From Rhodocyclaceae bacterium (GTDB lineage: Bacteria; Pseudomonadota; Gammaproteobacteria; Burkholderiales; Rhodocyclaceae): 64,000 nt of DNA. The notes under the pieces are model-generated. The model was not told the DNA's origin. It did no database searches and was given only the letters and a program-made list of their open reading frames with translations. The stretch lies in assembly GCA_013426785.1 (NCBI GenBank), contig JACDZI010000003.1, positions 14,361 to 78,360 on the forward strand, in the 5' to 3' direction. A program made the translations under genes and the position numbers. This document shows, piece by piece, positions 41,416 to 54,089 of the stretch; position 1 is the stretch's first letter; the number at the start of each line of letters is the position of its first letter.

Positions 41416-41897
41416 CGGTATTTGGCGTCGAGTTCGCGGTTCCTGGCGATGTCTTGTTCGTAACGATCGCCGTTGGCCAGCAACATCTGCTTGGTGTAAT
41501 AGAGGTCGCCGCGATTCTCGCCGTGGTATTCGAAAATGTGCGTCTCGACGATGGCATCCACCGGGCAGGCCTCTTCGCAGAAGCCGCAGAAGATGCACTT
41601 GGTCAGGTCGATGTCGTAGCGCGTGGTGCGCCGGCTACCGTCGTCGCGCTGGGCCGATTCGATGGTGATCGCCAGGGCAGGACAGACCGCCTCACACAAT
41701 TTGCAGGCGATGCAGCGTTCTTCGCCATTGGGGTAGCGACGCAACGCATGGAGGCCACGGAAGCGCGGCGACATCGGCGTTTTTTCTTCCGGGTACTGGA
41801 TGGTGATCTTCGGCTTGAACAGATAGCCGGCTGTGAGGGCCAAGCCTTGTACCAGTTCCTTGAGGAAGAGACTGCCGATGAAATCGCGTGCGCCCAA
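41412..41897 (-). CDS. nuoI: NADH-quinone oxidoreductase subunit I
   Basis: Two 4Fe-4S motifs ([24 protein letters not shown]). TTG start at 41897 with AGGAG 6 nt upstream, just after the nuoH stop. Confidence 0.9.
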   Translation of the reverse strand: MGARDFIGSLFLKELVQGLALTAGYLFKPKITIQYPEEKTPMSPRFRGLHALRRYPNGEERCIACKLCEAVCPALAITIESAQRDDGSRRTTRYDIDLTKCIFCGFCEEACPVDAIVETHIFEYHGENRGDLYYTKQMLLANGDRYEQDIARNRELDAKYR

Positions 41898-41908
41898 GGT
41901 CAGCTCCT

Positions 41909-43000
41909 CTATTTCCAGATGTTGAAGGGCGACATCATCCAGACCCCGACGACGAGGATCCAGGCGAAGCAGATCGGAATGAACACCTTCCAGCCCAGGC
42001 GCATGATCTGGTCGTACCGATAGCGCGGGAAGGTGGCACGGAACCAGATGAAGCAGAACAGCAGGAAGGACACCTTGGCGGCCAGCCAGTGATGACCGTC
42101 GGGCAGAAAAGAAACCGGGGACAGCCAACCGCCGAGGAAGAAGATAGAGGTCAAGAAGGAAACCAGGATCATGTTGGCGTATTCGGCCAGGAAGAACAGC
42201 GCGAAGGCCATGCCCGTATATTCAACCATGTGCCCGGCGACGATCTCGGATTCGCCCTCCACCACGTCGAACGGCGCCCGGTTGGTTTCGGCCACGCCGG
42301 AAATCAGGTAGATAATGAACATCGGCAGGAGCGGGATGAAGTTCCACGACAGCACCGATATGCCCATGCCGGCGAAGAGTCCCTCGTTCTGGCCACGCAC
42401 GATGTCGGAGAGGTTAAGACTGTTCGAGACCATCAGGACGCAGATCAGTGCCATGCCCATAGCGATCTCATAGGAGATCATCTGCGCCGAGGCACGGATC
42501 GCGCCGAGGAAGGGATACTTCGAATTCGAGGCCCAGCCGGAAATAATGATGCCGTAGACGCCGATCGAGGTGATACCCAGCAGGAACAGGACGCCGGCGT
42601 CGATATCCGCGACCACCCAACCATCGGCGAAGGGGATTACCACCCAAGCGACCAGGGCAGGTGCCAGCGCTATGATCGGGCCGAGGATGAACAGCATCTT
42701 GCTGGCCTTGGTCGGCACCAGCACTTCCTTGAACAGGAGTTTGAGGCCGTCGGCAACCGGCTGGAGCAGGCCGGCCGGTCCGACGCGGTTCGGGCCGAGC
42801 CGCACGTGCATGTAGGCAATGACCTTACGCTCGAAATAAGGCATGTAGGCCACGCCGACCAGCAGCGGGACGAGGATCGCAACAAAGCACATCAGCGTCC
42901 AGGCCAGCGGCCAGACATGATGGAACCAGCTCCAGATTCCATCCCAGAGCCCGAACAGGTTCCAGAACCACTGGAAGAAACCGAGGATGAGCACTTCCAT
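41909..43000 (-). CDS. nuoH: NADH-quinone oxidoreductase subunit H
   Basis: 363 aa ([35 protein letters not shown]). Confidence 0.95.
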   Translation of the reverse strand: MEVLILGFFQWFWNLFGLWDGIWSWFHHVWPLAWTLMCFVAILVPLLVGVAYMPYFERKVIAYMHVRLGPNRVGPAGLLQPVADGLKLLFKEVLVPTKASKMLFILGPIIALAPALVAWVVIPFADGWVVADIDAGVLFLLGITSIGVYGIIISGWASNSKYPFLGAIRASAQMISYEIAMGMALICVLMVSNSLNLSDIVRGQNEGLFAGMGISVLSWNFIPLLPMFIIYLISGVAETNRAPFDVVEGESEIVAGHMVEYTGMAFALFFLAEYANMILVSFLTSIFFLGGWLSPVSFLPDGHHWLAAKVSFLLFCFIWFRATFPRYRYDQIMRLGWKVFIPICFAWILVVGVWMMSPFNIWK

Positions 43001-45327
43001 CAGGCGCGCTCCACTATCAGGCTGCCGAACAACGGCCCCACTGCGACAGTACTCGCATGGGCGGCAGGAATGCGCACGCAGTTCCCAGGGACACCGGCAT
43101 CCAGTTCTGCCTTCAGGGCCGTCCCGCCAGCGCCGACTTTTACCTGCTGGCCGGCGGCGATGCCAAGGCTGGCCAGCGTCGCGGCATTCATGCGCGCAGT
43201 CGGGGCGACGGCATCTTTGGTCGCTTGCAGACTCGGCGCGCGGCGCACCAGCGGGTCGGCGAAATGGATCGGCACATCCGCCACCCGCTGCAACCCACTC
43301 GCTTCATCGGCCAGTTGCAGGGCACCGGGCTTGACGGCATTGTCGAGTCCCGCAACAAACTCGGGCTTGCCGCCCAGGCAGGCATCGCGCACCGTTTCGC
43401 TGCTGTCATAATCGAAGCCGGCGAGGTTGAGCAGGTTGCCCAGCACGCGCAGCACCTTCCAGGCCGGACGCGCTTCGCCCAGCGGTTTGGTGACGGCGTA
43501 AAAACCCTGCACGCGGCCTTCGGTATTGACGAAGGTGCCCGAGGTTTCGGTGAAAGGCGCGACCGGCAGCAGCACGTCGGCGTAATCGAGCGCCGCCGGC
43601 GACTTGAAGGGTGAAAGAACGATCACGCTGGACGCCTGTTGAAGGGCGGCAAGTGCCGCCGCGCCATCGGCACAGTCCAGTTCCGGCTCGGCATTGACAA
43701 TAAGATAAGCCTTCCTCGGCTGCGCAACAAGTTGAGCAGCATTGAGGCCACCCTGCTGCGGGCAGGCTTTGGCCACATAACCGCCGACGCTATTGGCTGC
43801 TTCGCCGAGGATGCCCAACTTGCCGCCGAGCAGTTCCGCCAGTTGCTGGGCAAGACGCTGCAGGGTCGCCGCCTGCAGATGCTGCTGGGCGAAGTTGCCG
43901 AGCAGGATACCGGCCTTGCGACCCGAGAGCAGACTCTTGGCAATGAGTTGTGCCGTCTCGCCAGCGCCGACTTTTTCAAATTCGGTGGGTAGTGGCGCAT
44001 TCTTGAGGGCCACCACGGCCTTGACCACTTCAGCCAAAGTGGCGGGTAATTGCGACGGCGACACGACGGCCTTGGCGAACAGCTTGATCAGTAGGTCGTC
44101 ATCGGCAGCGTGGACTACGGAAACTTGGGTGCCGCGCTTGGCAGCCTGGCGCAGGCGCTGGGCGATGAGCGGATGATCCTTGCGCAGGAAGCTGCCGACC
44201 ACCAGCACACGGTCGATCTGGCCGAGTTCGGCGATGGGCATGCCCAGCCATGGAACCCCGGCACGCTGGCCGTCGAGACTGAAATCGCTTTGACGCAAAC
44301 GAAAATCGATGTTGTCCGAGCCGAGGCCGCGCATCAGTTGCCCGGCCAGCGCCATTTCTTCGAGAGTCGCATGCGGACTGACCAAAGCGCCGAGGCCAGC
44401 CGGACCGTGCTGCTTGGCCACGTCGCGCAAGGCATGGGCCGCATAGTCGAGCGCAACGTTCCATGCGACTTCCTGCCATTTGCCGCTCTGCTTCACCATC
44501 GGCCGGGTCAGGCGCTCGGCGGAATTGAGCCCCTCGTAGGAGAAGCGCTCCTTGTCGGACAGCCAGCATTCGTTGATCGCTTCGTTTTCCAGCGGCAGCA
44601 AGCGCATCACCTTGTCGTTCTTGACCTGGACGATCAGGTTGCTGCCCAGCCCGTCATGCGGGCTGACCGACTTGCGTCGCGACATTTCCCAGGTCCGCGC
44701 TGAGAAACGGAACGGCTTGGAGGTCAGCGCACCCACCGGGCACAGGTCGATGATGTTGCCCGACAGCTCGGAGTCCACCGTCTTCTCGACGAAGGGCATG
44801 ATCTCGGCGCGGTCACCGCGAAAGGCCTGACCCAGTTCCATTTGGCCGACGATCTCCTGCGTGAAGCGCACGCAGCGGGTGCAGTTGATGCAGCGGGTCA
44901 TGTCGGTGCTGACCAGCGGCCCGAGATTTTTGTTGCTGACGACGCGTTTCTCTTCTTGATAGCGCGAGGCGGAACCGCCATAGCCGACAGCCAAGTCCTG
45001 CAACTGGCACTCGCCGCCCTGGTCGCAGATCGGGCAGTCGAGCGGATGGTTGATCAGCAGGAACTCCATCACGGATTTCTGCGCCTTTACCGCCAGGTCG
45101 GAATGGGTAAATACCTTCATGCCGTTGGTGACGGCAGTGGCGCAGGCCGGCATCGGCTTCGGCGCCTTCTCCACCTGCACCAGGCACATGCGGCAGTTGG
45201 CCGCAATCGACAGCTTCTTGTGGTAGCAGAAGTGCGGGATATAGACCCCGGCCTGATGCGCGGCCTCGATGACGGTGGAACCGTCCTCGACCTGCAGCGC
45301 CTTGCCGTTGATCTCGAGCTCTAGCAT
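43000..45327 (-). CDS. nuoG: NADH-quinone oxidoreductase subunit G
   Basis: 775 aa: N-terminal 2Fe-2S ([15 protein letters not shown]) and 4Fe-4S motifs ([20 protein letters not shown]), molybdopterin-like domain. Confidence 0.95.
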   Translation of the reverse strand: MLELEINGKALQVEDGSTVIEAAHQAGVYIPHFCYHKKLSIAANCRMCLVQVEKAPKPMPACATAVTNGMKVFTHSDLAVKAQKSVMEFLLINHPLDCPICDQGGECQLQDLAVGYGGSASRYQEEKRVVSNKNLGPLVSTDMTRCINCTRCVRFTQEIVGQMELGQAFRGDRAEIMPFVEKTVDSELSGNIIDLCPVGALTSKPFRFSARTWEMSRRKSVSPHDGLGSNLIVQVKNDKVMRLLPLENEAINECWLSDKERFSYEGLNSAERLTRPMVKQSGKWQEVAWNVALDYAAHALRDVAKQHGPAGLGALVSPHATLEEMALAGQLMRGLGSDNIDFRLRQSDFSLDGQRAGVPWLGMPIAELGQIDRVLVVGSFLRKDHPLIAQRLRQAAKRGTQVSVVHAADDDLLIKLFAKAVVSPSQLPATLAEVVKAVVALKNAPLPTEFEKVGAGETAQLIAKSLLSGRKAGILLGNFAQQHLQAATLQRLAQQLAELLGGKLGILGEAANSVGGYVAKACPQQGGLNAAQLVAQPRKAYLIVNAEPELDCADGAAALAALQQASSVIVLSPFKSPAALDYADVLLPVAPFTETSGTFVNTEGRVQGFYAVTKPLGEARPAWKVLRVLGNLLNLAGFDYDSSETVRDACLGGKPEFVAGLDNAVKPGALQLADEASGLQRVADVPIHFADPLVRRAPSLQATKDAVAPTARMNAATLASLGIAAGQQVKVGAGGTALKAELDAGVPGNCVRIPAAHASTVAVGPLFGSLIVERA
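43121..43141 (+). repeat. Motif copy 15 (exact)
   Basis: gtcccgccagcgccgactttt preceded by ggcc. Inside nuoG, antisense, read as KVGAGGT. Confidence 0.95.
43955..43975 (+). repeat. Motif copy 16
   Basis: gtctcgccagcgccgactttt, 1 mismatch, preceded by tgcc. Inside nuoG, antisense, read as KVGAGET. Confidence 0.9.
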
Positions 45328-46697
45328 TGTTCACCTGCCATGAGTCGAGTATGGAAGGTGCTGCCGGCCTTCTGAATCTCGGGTGGCACCAGGCATTTCT
45401 TGTGTTCGATGTGGTAGGCGAACTCGTCGCGGTAATGCTTGATGAAGGCCCGCACCGGCATCGCGGCGGCATCGCCGAGCGCGCAGATCGTGCGCCCCAT
45501 GATGTTGCCGGCGATTTCGTCGAGCAGGTCGAGATCCTCCGGCCACCCCTGGCCATGCTCGATGCGATGCACCATCTTGTACAGCCAGCCGGTGCCCTCG
45601 CGGCAGGGCGTGCACTGGCCGCAGGATTCCTCGTAGTAGAACCACGACAGGCGTTCGAGCGCCTTGACCATGCAGACGGTCTCGTCCATGACGATCACCG
45701 CACCGGAACCCAGCATCGAGCCGGCCTTGGCGATCGAATCGTAATCCATCGTACAAGCCATGATGATGTCCGCCGGCAGCACCGGCGACGACGATCCGCC
45801 GGGAATGACGCCCTTCAGCTTGCGGCCACCGCGCATGCCGCCGGCCATTTCGAGCAGCTGGGCAAAGGGCGTGCCCATCGGCACCTCGAAGTTGCCCGGC
45901 TTGCTGACATGGCCGGACACCGAGAACAGCTTGGTGCCGCCGTTGTTCGGCTTGCCGAGATTGAGGAAGGCCTCGCCGCCCTGGCGCATGATGTAGGGAA
46001 TCGAGGCGAAAGTCTCGGTGTTGTTGATGGTGGTCGGCTTGCCGTAGAGGCCGTAGCTCGCGGGGAACGGCGGTTTGAAGCGCGGCTGGCCCTTCTTGCC
46101 TTCGAGCGATTCGAGCAGGCCGGTTTCCTCGCCGCAGATGTAGGCGCCGTAACCGTGGTGGCCGAACAGGTCGAAATTGAAACCGGAACCGAGGATGTTC
46201 TGGCCCAGATAGCCGGCGGCACGCGCTTCGGCGAGTGTCTCCTCGAAGCGCTGATACAGTTCGAACACTTCGCCGTGGATGTAGTTGTAGCCGCGCGCCG
46301 CACCCATCGCGAAGCCGGCGATGATCATGCCCTCGATCACCGAATGCGGGTCGAGCCGCATGATGTCGCGGTCCTTGAAGGTGCCGGGTTCGCCTTCGTC
46401 GGTGTTGCAGACCACGTATTTGTCGCCGGGGAAAGCACGCGGCATAAAGCTCCACTTGAGGCCGGTCGGGAAGCCGGCGCCACCGCGCCCACGCAGCACC
46501 GACGCCTTGACCTCGGCGATCACCTGGTCCTGCGTCAACTGGTCGGAGAACATTTTCTTCAGCGCCTGATAGCCACCACGTGCTTCGTAGTCCTTGAGAC
46601 GCCAGCCGGTGTCTTTGGAAAGATCGCGGGCGTCCGGCTGGTGCCAGCCGGCGGTCAGGGAGGGATTGATCGCTGCCAGGATGGCCATTATCTGCAC
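45321..46697 (-). CDS. nuoF: NADH-quinone oxidoreductase subunit F
   Basis: [18 protein letters not shown] site, [12 protein letters not shown] 4Fe-4S site. Alternative start at 46688. Confidence 0.95.
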   Translation of the reverse strand: MQIMAILAAINPSLTAGWHQPDARDLSKDTGWRLKDYEARGGYQALKKMFSDQLTQDQVIAEVKASVLRGRGGAGFPTGLKWSFMPRAFPGDKYVVCNTDEGEPGTFKDRDIMRLDPHSVIEGMIIAGFAMGAARGYNYIHGEVFELYQRFEETLAEARAAGYLGQNILGSGFNFDLFGHHGYGAYICGEETGLLESLEGKKGQPRFKPPFPASYGLYGKPTTINNTETFASIPYIMRQGGEAFLNLGKPNNGGTKLFSVSGHVSKPGNFEVPMGTPFAQLLEMAGGMRGGRKLKGVIPGGSSSPVLPADIIMACTMDYDSIAKAGSMLGSGAVIVMDETVCMVKALERLSWFYYEESCGQCTPCREGTGWLYKMVHRIEHGQGWPEDLDLLDEIAGNIMGRTICALGDAAAMPVRAFIKHYRDEFAYHIEHKKCLVPPEIQKAGSTFHTRLMAGEQC

Positions 46698-47164
46698 TCC
46701 TCAAGCAGCTTGTCGATCTCGTCGGGGGTCATGAAACAGCGCATATGCACGTTATTGACCAGCATGACCGGCGCATCGCCGCAAGCGCCCATGCACTCGC
46801 CCTCCTTGAGGGTGAATTTGCTGTCCGGCGTGGTTTCACCCAGTTCGATGCCGAGTTTTTCCTTGAGGTATTCGGCGGCATGCACGCCGCCGGACAAGGC
46901 ACACGGCAGGTTGGTGCACACACTAATCTTGTACTTGCCGACCGGTGCGAGATCGTACATGTTGTAGAAGCTCGCCACTTCGTAGGCGGCCATCTCGGGC
47001 ATGTCGAGATAGCAGGCGACGCAGGCAATGGTTTCCGGCGCCAGCCAGCCCTTCTCCACCTGCGCGATGTGCAGGGCAGCCATGACGGCCGACTGTTTCT
47101 GGTCCGCCGGATACTTGGCGACTTCGCGGTCGATCTTCTGCAGGGCTTCCGGGCTCAATACCAT
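46688..47164 (-). CDS. nuoE: NADH-quinone oxidoreductase subunit E
   Basis: 158 aa, 2Fe-2S ligands (CTNLPCAL ... CMGACGDAP). Confidence 0.95.
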   Translation of the reverse strand: MVLSPEALQKIDREVAKYPADQKQSAVMAALHIAQVEKGWLAPETIACVACYLDMPEMAAYEVASFYNMYDLAPVGKYKISVCTNLPCALSGGVHAAEYLKEKLGIELGETTPDSKFTLKEGECMGACGDAPVMLVNNVHMRCFMTPDEIDKLLEECR

Positions 47165-47168
47165 GATG

Positions 47169-48422
47169 TCATCTATCCGTGTCGCCCAGCACCAGATCGA
47201 TGGTGCCGATGATTGCGGTAGCGTCGGCGATCATGTGGCCCCTGGCCATTTCGTTGGTCGCGGCAAGATGCGCGAAACCCGGCGAACGTAACTTGAAGCG
47301 GTAGGGCTTGTTGGCGCCGTCCGAAATGACATAGACGCCGAACTCGCCCTTGGGATGCTCGACGGCAGCATAGGCTTCGCCGGCGGGCACATGCATGCCT
47401 TCGGTGGCCAGTTTGAAGTGGTGGATCAACTCCTCCATGCTCTCTTTCATCTTTTCACGGGCTGGCGGTGCCACCTTGTGATTGTCGGTGATCACCGGGC
47501 CCGGGTTCTGGCGCAGCCAGTCGATACATTGGCGGATGATGCGGTTCGACTGGCGCATCTCCTCAATGCGTACGAGATAGCGGTCGTAGCAATCGCCATT
47601 GACGCCGACCGGAATATCGAAGTCGATGCGGCCATAGACCTCATAGGGCATCTTCTTGCGCAAATCCCATTCGACGCCGGAACCACGCAGCATCGGGCCG
47701 GAAAAGCCCAGCTGCAAGGCCCGCTCGGGGGAGACGACACCGACATTGACGGTGCGCATCTTCCAGATGCGGTTGTCGGTCAGCAAGGTCTCGTATTCAT
47801 CGACATAACCGGGAAAGCGGTTGGTGAAATCCTCAAGGAAATCGAGCAGCGAACCCTGGCGTGGTTCATTAAGCCGGGTAACATCCGCCGCATTCTTCCA
47901 CTTCGTCTCCCGATACTGCGGCATCTGTTCGGGCAGGTCGCGATAGACGCCGCCCGGCCGGTAGTAGGCGGCATGCAGGCGCGCTCCGGAGACGGCCTCA
48001 TAGACGTCCATCAGGTCCTCGCGCTCGCGGAAGGTATACAGCACCATCGCCATCGCACCCACGTCGAGCGCATGCGTGCCGACGTTGAGCAGGTGATTGA
48101 GGATGCGCGTCACCTCGTCCATCATGACGCGGATGTATTGCGCCCGCACCGGTACGTCGACACCCAGCAACCGTTCAACGGCAAGACAATAAGCATGCTC
48201 GTTGGACATCATCGACACATAGTCGAGCCGATCGAGATACGGGACGTTCTGGATCCAGGTGCGCGTCTCGGCCAGTTTCTCCGTGCCACGGTGCAGCAGG
48301 CCGATATGCGGGTCGGCGCGCACGATCACTTCACCGTCAAGTTCCAGCACCAGGCGGAGCACGCCGTGAGCGGCCGGATGCTGCGGGCCGAAGTTAAGCG
48401 TGTAGTTCTTGATCTCAGCCAC
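47169..48422 (-). CDS. nuoD: NADH-quinone oxidoreductase subunit D
   Basis: 417 aa ([15 protein letters not shown] ... [12 protein letters not shown]). Confidence 0.96.
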   Translation of the reverse strand: MAEIKNYTLNFGPQHPAAHGVLRLVLELDGEVIVRADPHIGLLHRGTEKLAETRTWIQNVPYLDRLDYVSMMSNEHAYCLAVERLLGVDVPVRAQYIRVMMDEVTRILNHLLNVGTHALDVGAMAMVLYTFREREDLMDVYEAVSGARLHAAYYRPGGVYRDLPEQMPQYRETKWKNAADVTRLNEPRQGSLLDFLEDFTNRFPGYVDEYETLLTDNRIWKMRTVNVGVVSPERALQLGFSGPMLRGSGVEWDLRKKMPYEVYGRIDFDIPVGVNGDCYDRYLVRIEEMRQSNRIIRQCIDWLRQNPGPVITDNHKVAPPAREKMKESMEELIHHFKLATEGMHVPAGEAYAAVEHPKGEFGVYVISDGANKPYRFKLRSPGFAHLAATNEMARGHMIADATAIIGTIDLVLGDTDR

Positions 48423-49005
48423 GGCCGTAGCCTTCTTCGCGCACGATGCGCGGCGTCACTTCACGCGGCTCGATGGTCACCGGTTGGTACACCACGCGCT
48501 GCTTGTCGGCGTCGTAGCGCATCTCGACATAGCCGGAAATCGGGAAATCCTTGCGGAACGGGTGGCCGACGAAGCCGTAGTCGGTCAGGATGCGACGCAA
48601 GTCGTCATGTCCTTCAAACAGGATGCCGTAAAGGTCGAAGGCTTCGCGCTCGTACCAATTCACCGAATCCCAAATACCTGACAAGCTTGGTACCACCGGA
48701 AAATCGTCACTGGCGGCATAGGTGCGCATCCGCAAGCGGCAATTGAACTGCATCGACAGCAGATGACTGACGACCGCGAAACGCCTGCCCGACCAACCGG
48801 TGTAGGCAGAATAATCAACACCGCTCAGGTCCATCAATTGGGCGAACTGCAACTCGGGATGATCGCGCAGGCTACGCGCCACCTCAAAGTAATGGGCCAC
48901 CGGCATCTCGATGGTCAGTTCGCCATTACATAGCACCGGAGCCGAGATTTTCTCACCGAAGATTTCTACCAGTCGCTGCGACAGGTTTTCCAGTTTGGCC
49001 GACAT
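48415..49005 (-). CDS. nuoC: NADH-quinone oxidoreductase subunit C
   Basis: 196 aa ([30 protein letters not shown]). Confidence 0.95.
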   Translation of the reverse strand: MSAKLENLSQRLVEIFGEKISAPVLCNGELTIEMPVAHYFEVARSLRDHPELQFAQLMDLSGVDYSAYTGWSGRRFAVVSHLLSMQFNCRLRMRTYAASDDFPVVPSLSGIWDSVNWYEREAFDLYGILFEGHDDLRRILTDYGFVGHPFRKDFPISGYVEMRYDADKQRVVYQPVTIEPREVTPRIVREEGYGRG

Positions 49006-49011
49006 CGTCGC

Positions 49012-49491
49012 TCAGCTCCGGGCAATCGTGTTAGTACGCACGATCTTGTTTTGCAACTGGATGATGCCGTACAGCAGGGCTTCCGCCGTCGGCGGGCAAC
49101 CCGGAATGTAGATATCTACTGGCACGATACGGTCGCAGCCGCGCACCACGGAATAGGAGTAGTGGTAGTAGCCACCGCCGTTGGCGCAGGAACCCATGGA
49201 GATCACCCAACGCGGCTCGGCCATCTGGTCGTACACCTTGCGCAAAGCGGGAGCCATCTTGTTGGTCAGCGTACCAGCCACGATCATCACGTCGGACTGG
49301 CGGGGACTGGGACGGAACACGACACCGAAGCGATCCAGGTCGTAACGCGAGCAACCGGCGTGAATCATTTCGACGGCGCAACAGGCCAGTCCGAAAGTCA
49401 TCGGCCACAGCGAGCCCGTCCGTGTCCAGTTGATCAATTTGTCGACCGTAGTGGTGACAAAACCTTCCTGGAGAATTCCCTCGATGCTCAT
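49012..49491 (-). CDS. nuoB: NADH-quinone oxidoreductase subunit B
   Basis: [16 protein letters not shown] ... GSCANGGG ... CPP cluster-N2 ligands. Start at internal ATG 49491. Confidence 0.94.
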   Translation of the reverse strand: MSIEGILQEGFVTTTVDKLINWTRTGSLWPMTFGLACCAVEMIHAGCSRYDLDRFGVVFRPSPRQSDVMIVAGTLTNKMAPALRKVYDQMAEPRWVISMGSCANGGGYYHYSYSVVRGCDRIVPVDIYIPGCPPTAEALLYGIIQLQNKIVRTNTIARS

Positions 49492-49495
49492 TCGG

Positions 49496-49870
49496 TTATT
49501 CCCAGTCGAGGGCGCCCTTGGCCCAGGCATAGACATATCCCACGATCAGGATGGTCAGGAACACCAGCATCTCGATGAAGCCAAAGAACCTCACTTCGGG
49601 GGTACCGACGATCTCCTTGAAGATCGCCGCCCAAGGCAGCAGGAAAGCCACTTCCAGATCGAAGATGATGAAGATGATCGCAATCAGGTAGTAGCGCACA
49701 TCGAACTTCATGCGCGCGTCTTCGAAGGCTTCGAATCCGCACTCGAAGGGGGACAGCTTCTCGCTGTCGGGGCGATTGGGCGCGATTAACCTGCCGAGCA
49801 GTATGGGAATGCAACCGAAGACCGAACCAACGATGATGAAAACGAGAATCGGAAAATAGTTTTCCAGCAT
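49496..49870 (-). CDS. nuoA: NADH-quinone oxidoreductase subunit A
   Basis: [15 protein letters not shown] ... SPFECGFE ... [10 protein letters not shown]. Start at ATG 49870; the track ORF start further upstream is unlikely. Confidence 0.93.
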   Translation of the reverse strand: MLENYFPILVFIIVGSVFGCIPILLGRLIAPNRPDSEKLSPFECGFEAFEDARMKFDVRYYLIAIIFIIFDLEVAFLLPWAAIFKEIVGTPEVRFFGFIEMLVFLTILIVGYVYAWAKGALDWE

Positions 49871-49950
49871 TACCCAATTCAACCCTGTGGTTTTGGCCAC
49901 TAATTTTTCTTGGCCCGCCAGCCTGATTACATGCACTGACGTCAATCTGT

Positions 49951-50035
49951 TGGTGCCGACGGCGAGACTCGAACTCGCACAGCTTTCGCCACTACCCCCT
50001 CAAGATAGCGTGTCTACCAATTTCACCACGTCGGC
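49951..50035 (-). tRNA. leuU: tRNA-Leu (anticodon GAG)
   Basis: Minus strand: GCCGACGTGGTGAAATTGGTAGACACGCTATCTTGAGGGGGTAGTGGCGAAAGCTGTGCGAGTTCGAGTCTCGCCGTCGGCACCA. 7-bp acceptor stem, anticodon loop TTGAGGG, long variable arm, TTCGAGT T-loop, encoded CCA. secG-tRNA-Leu synteny as in E. coli. Confidence 0.93.
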
Positions 50036-50107
50036 TCAGTAAATTTCACCCTCTAAAAGCGGCGCGAATAATAGCATTTTCTGATCACGCCACGCCGAGC
50101 CGCCGGC

Positions 50108-50470
50108 TTATTTGGGAATGTCCTGAGCCTTGGAATCGACAGGTGGCACGGGCACCGCAGGAGAGGATCTCACCGCCGGAACACTGCTCTCCGTCTTGAT
50201 AGTATCCACGACACTGCCACCGGTTGCCGGACGTTTCCCCCCCATGTAGGCGAGGCCAAGGCTGGTCAGAAAAAACAACGTTGCCAATACTGCGGTAACT
50301 CGCGACAGGAAATTGGCAGAACCGGTCGCCCCAAACAGGCTACCAGAAGCACCACTGCCAAACGCTGCGCCCATGTCCGCACCCTTGCCGTGCTGCAACA
50401 GCACCAAACCAATGACTCCCAAGGCTACAAGAATATGTACGGTCAATACGACGGTAAAAGTCATATCCAT
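50108..50470 (-). CDS. secG: Preprotein translocase subunit SecG
   Basis: 120 aa (LLQHGKGADMGAAFGSGASGSLFGATGSANFLSR). Confidence 0.93.
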   Translation of the reverse strand: MDMTFTVVLTVHILVALGVIGLVLLQHGKGADMGAAFGSGASGSLFGATGSANFLSRVTAVLATLFFLTSLGLAYMGGKRPATGGSVVDTIKTESSVPAVRSSPAVPVPPVDSKAQDIPK

Positions 50471-50484
50471 CTAGACAAACTCCT

Positions 50485-51231
50485 TCAAGCGGCGGCGCAG
50501 ATCGCGATGAAATCGGCAGCCACGAGTGCGGCGCCACCGATCAGGCCACCATCGATATCCGGCTGGGCCATCAGTTCGCGTGCATTGGCCGGCTTCATGC
50601 TGCCACCGTAAAGAATCCTAACGCCCGCTGCGATGCCGGAATCATCTTGCGCCACCCGCTGGCGGATCAGTGCATGCACCTCCTGGGCCTGTTCGGGCGT
50701 AGCCGTGCGGCCGGTACCGATCGCCCAGACCGGCTCGTAGGCGATTACCGCCCCGGCCAGTGCAGCCACTCCGCAGCGTTCGATCACGGCGTCCAACTGA
50801 CGCGTCACCACTTCTGCAGTAATGCTCTTTTCCCGTTCGTCGAGCGTCTCGCCCACACAGAAAATCGGCACCAGCCCGACCTTCAGCGCTGCCTCGAACT
50901 TGGCTGCGACAATGGCATCGGTGTCACCGTAGTAGCTGCGTCGTTCGGAATGGCCGACAATCACGTAACGACAGCCGAAATCCAGCAGCATCGCGGCACT
51001 GACTTCGCCGGTATAGGCACCCAAGGCATGCTCGGAAACATCCTGCGCCCCCCATGCGACATTACTGCCGGTCAGCCCGGTTTCGGCCTGATCAAGATAA
51101 GGATAGGGCACGCACACCGCAACATCAGCGGACAAACCAGCCACACCGGCGCGCACACCTTCCAGCAAGCCGGCATTTACAGTTAGGCTACCGTGCATCT
51201 TCCAGTTTCCTGCCACCAATTTATTGCGCAT
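50485..51231 (-). CDS. tpiA: Triose-phosphate isomerase
   Basis: MRNKLVAGNWKMHGS ... VIVGHSERR ... YEPVWAIGTG ... ILYGGS. Start at ATG 51231. Confidence 0.95.
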   Translation of the reverse strand: MRNKLVAGNWKMHGSLTVNAGLLEGVRAGVAGLSADVAVCVPYPYLDQAETGLTGSNVAWGAQDVSEHALGAYTGEVSAAMLLDFGCRYVIVGHSERRSYYGDTDAIVAAKFEAALKVGLVPIFCVGETLDEREKSITAEVVTRQLDAVIERCGVAALAGAVIAYEPVWAIGTGRTATPEQAQEVHALIRQRVAQDDSGIAAGVRILYGGSMKPANARELMAQPDIDGGLIGGAALVAADFIAICAAA

Positions 51232-51275
51232 GACGCTCTCCGCAATGAACAAAGCGGCGGATTATACGGGAAGAC

Positions 51276-52079
51276 TCAGCCGAACCTGCCGGTGATGTAG
51301 TCCTCAGTCTGCTTATTCATCGGCTTGATGAACACCTGGTCGGTAATGCCGAACTCAACCAGTTCGCCCAGATACATGTAAGCGGTGAAGTCAGAAATCC
51401 GCGCCGCCTGCTGCATGTTGTGGGTCACGATCAGGATGGTCACCTTGTCGCGCAATTCGACGACGAGTTCCTCGATGCTGGCGGTAGCAATCGGGTCCAG
51501 TGCCGATGTAGGCTCATCGAACAGGATGATTTCCGGATCGGAGGCCAGAGCACGGGCGATGCACAAGCGCTGCTGCTGCCCTCCGGACAGGTTCGCCCCC
51601 AGATCGTTCAGGCGGTTCTTGACCTCATCCCAAAGGGCGGCACCCTTCAGCGATTGCTGCACCCGATCTTCGATCTCGCTCCTGTTCGTCATGCCACGCA
51701 CCCGCAAGCTGTAGGCGACGTTCTCGAACACCGTTTTGGGGAAGGGGTTGGGTTTCTGGAACACCATCGAGATACGCATGCGCACCTCGATCGGATCGAC
51801 CTCCTTGGCGAGGATGTCGGTATTGTCCGGATGCATGACGATCTCGCCCTGATAGCGATTGCCCGGATAGAGGTCGTGCATGCGGTTGAATGAGCGCAGC
51901 AGGGTCGACTTGCCGCAGCCGGAGGGGCCGATCAGCGAAGTGACCTGTTTGTCGAACACCGGCATGTTGATGTTCTTGAGCGCATGAAAATCGCCGTAGT
52001 GAAAATTGAAATTGCGGCATTCGGCCTTGACCGCCAGGGCGGGATCCGGCGTCATGTTGATCGTGGTTGCGTTAGTCAT
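51276..52079 (-). CDS. pstB: Phosphate ABC transporter ATP-binding protein
   Basis: 267 aa ([44 protein letters not shown], ends YITGRFG). Confidence 0.96.
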   Translation of the reverse strand: MTNATTINMTPDPALAVKAECRNFNFHYGDFHALKNINMPVFDKQVTSLIGPSGCGKSTLLRSFNRMHDLYPGNRYQGEIVMHPDNTDILAKEVDPIEVRMRISMVFQKPNPFPKTVFENVAYSLRVRGMTNRSEIEDRVQQSLKGAALWDEVKNRLNDLGANLSGGQQQRLCIARALASDPEIILFDEPTSALDPIATASIEELVVELRDKVTILIVTHNMQQAARISDFTAYMYLGELVEFGITDQVFIKPMNKQTEDYITGRFG

Positions 52080-52101
52080 ATCGGGCTCTTTGAAATGTGG
52101 G

Positions 52102-53028
52102 TTACCACTTGATGTTCTTGCGCAGGCGATAGCGCAGCCAGATGGCAGCGCCGTTCATGGCCAGCGTCATCAGCACCAGCACGAAACCGGCGGCGGCGGC
52201 ATTAATCTGGAAGGCCGCCTCGGGCCGCGAGGTCCAGTTGAACATCTGGATCGGCATGACGGTAAAGGGCGAAAAGATCCAGTCGAACAGGCCGGCCGGC
52301 GGATCGCCGGCAAATGGCGCTGTCGGCAGGAAAGCGATGAAGGTCAGGGCGCCGATGGTGATGATGGGTGCCGTCTCACCAATGGCCCGAGCCATGCCGA
52401 TAATCACCCCGGTCAGGATGCCGGCACTCGAATACGGCAGGATATGGTCACGGACCGTCTGCCAAGTCGTGGCGCCGCAAGCGTAGGAACCTTCGCGGAT
52501 CATCTGCGGGATGGCCCGGATCGACTCGCGCGTAGCTACGATCACCACCGGCAGGATCAGTAGGGCCAGCGTCAAACCGGCGGAAAGAATGCTCTGACCG
52601 AAGCCGAACTGGTACACAAACAACCCGAGCGCCAGCAGGCCATAGACGATGGAAGGTACGCCGGCCAGGTTGGTGATGTTGATCTCGATGATGTCGGTCA
52701 TCCAGTTCTTCGGGGCGTACTCTTCAAGATAGACGCCAGCTGCCACGCCCAGCGGCACGGCCGCTAGTGCGGTCACCATCATCACCAGCACCGTCCCAAC
52801 CCAGGCTGAAAGGATGCCGGCCTCGCCAGCGCGCCGCGACGGGAAGTTTGTGAAGAAATCGATGTTGAGGCGTGGAATGCCCTGGATCGCCATATCGACA
52901 AAGAGAGCCGAAAAAGTCAGCACGCCGACCATCAGGGACAGGATGCCGAGGATGCCGAAGAAGGCATCCCATCGCTTGGCTTTGGCGATCAGCGCCCGGA
53001 TAGCCTTGAGGTCTTGGCTTTCCAGCAT
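52102..53028 (-). CDS. pstA: Phosphate ABC transporter permease PstA
   Basis: 308 aa permease with an EAA-like loop ([14 protein letters not shown]) in pstSCAB order. Confidence 0.92.
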   Translation of the reverse strand: MLESQDLKAIRALIAKAKRWDAFFGILGILSLMVGVLTFSALFVDMAIQGIPRLNIDFFTNFPSRRAGEAGILSAWVGTVLVMMVTALAAVPLGVAAGVYLEEYAPKNWMTDIIEINITNLAGVPSIVYGLLALGLFVYQFGFGQSILSAGLTLALLILPVVIVATRESIRAIPQMIREGSYACGATTWQTVRDHILPYSSAGILTGVIIGMARAIGETAPIITIGALTFIAFLPTAPFAGDPPAGLFDWIFSPFTVMPIQMFNWTSRPEAAFQINAAAAGFVLVLMTLAMNGAAIWLRYRLRKNIKW

Positions 53029-53029
53029 C

Positions 53030-54067
53030 TCAGTACACCTCGCGGAAACGTTTGCGCAGCCAGTAGCCGAGCAGGTTGAACATCAGGGTCATGAGCATCA
53101 GGGTCAGGCCCGCAGCAAAGATGGTCTGGTAACCGATCGAACCGTGGGGCAAATCGCCCAGAGCCACCTGAACGATATAGGAGGTGATGGTCGCGCCGGA
53201 ATCGGCCGGGTTGAAGGTCAAGTTGGGTTGCATGCCGGCCGCAACCGCCAGGATCATGGTTTCGCCGACGGCACGCGAGATACCGAGGATGTAGGCCGAG
53301 GCGATACCCGAGGTGGCCGCCGGCACGACGACACGCAGGGCGGTCTGCAGGCGCGTCGCCCCCATCGCGTAGGACCCCTCGCGCAGCGACATCGGTACGG
53401 CGCGCATCGCGTCTTCGGAGAGTGAAGCCACGTAGGGGATGATCATCACTCCCATGATCAGGCCAGCCGACAACAGGTTGAAGCCCGGCAGGTCGGGATA
53501 GATCTTCTGCATCAGCGGCGTCAGGAACACCAGCGCGAAATAGCCATAGACGATGGTCGGCACGCCACCGAGCAATTCCAGGAAGGGCTTGGCAATTTCC
53601 CGCAGGCGGAACCCCGCGAACTCAGACAAGTAAATGGCAATGATCGTGCCCAACGGAATCGCCACCAACAGTGCGACAGCAGAACTGGTGAGCGTGCCGG
53701 ACAGTAATACCATGATGCCATAGTGGGCATCGTCGAACAGCGGCGTCCACTGGGTATCAAACAAAAAATCTTTCAGCGGTACCGTTTGGAAAAAGACCCA
53801 GGACTCGGACATCAACACATAGACGATCGCCATGGTCGTGAATACCGAAACCAGCGCTGCCCCAAAAAGCAAGGATTCGATCACGCGCTCCCTCATGTGG
53901 CGCGATGCCTTCTTGCGCAGGCGCTCACTGACTTGAAGGCTTCGGGCTGGAGATACGGAAAGGGTCACAGTAGCGCGCGCACTCATTTTATCGGCAAGTT
54001 TACATTTACGGCGGGAATAGATACTGCGGACAGTCGCAAGCCCGTTTGCCCTCAAATATTGGGGCAA
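53030..54067 (-). CDS. pstC: Phosphate ABC transporter permease PstC
   Basis: Permease (REGSYAMGATRLQT). Start uncertain (54067 or ATG 53986). Confidence 0.9.
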   Translation of the reverse strand: MPQYLRANGLATVRSIYSRRKCKLADKMSARATVTLSVSPARSLQVSERLRKKASRHMRERVIESLLFGAALVSVFTTMAIVYVLMSESWVFFQTVPLKDFLFDTQWTPLFDDAHYGIMVLLSGTLTSSAVALLVAIPLGTIIAIYLSEFAGFRLREIAKPFLELLGGVPTIVYGYFALVFLTPLMQKIYPDLPGFNLLSAGLIMGVMIIPYVASLSEDAMRAVPMSLREGSYAMGATRLQTALRVVVPAATSGIASAYILGISRAVGETMILAVAAGMQPNLTFNPADSGATITSYIVQVALGDLPHGSIGYQTIFAAGLTLMLMTLMFNLLGYWLRKRFREVY

Positions 54068-54089
54068 CGGGCTTGTAACTGCCGGACGA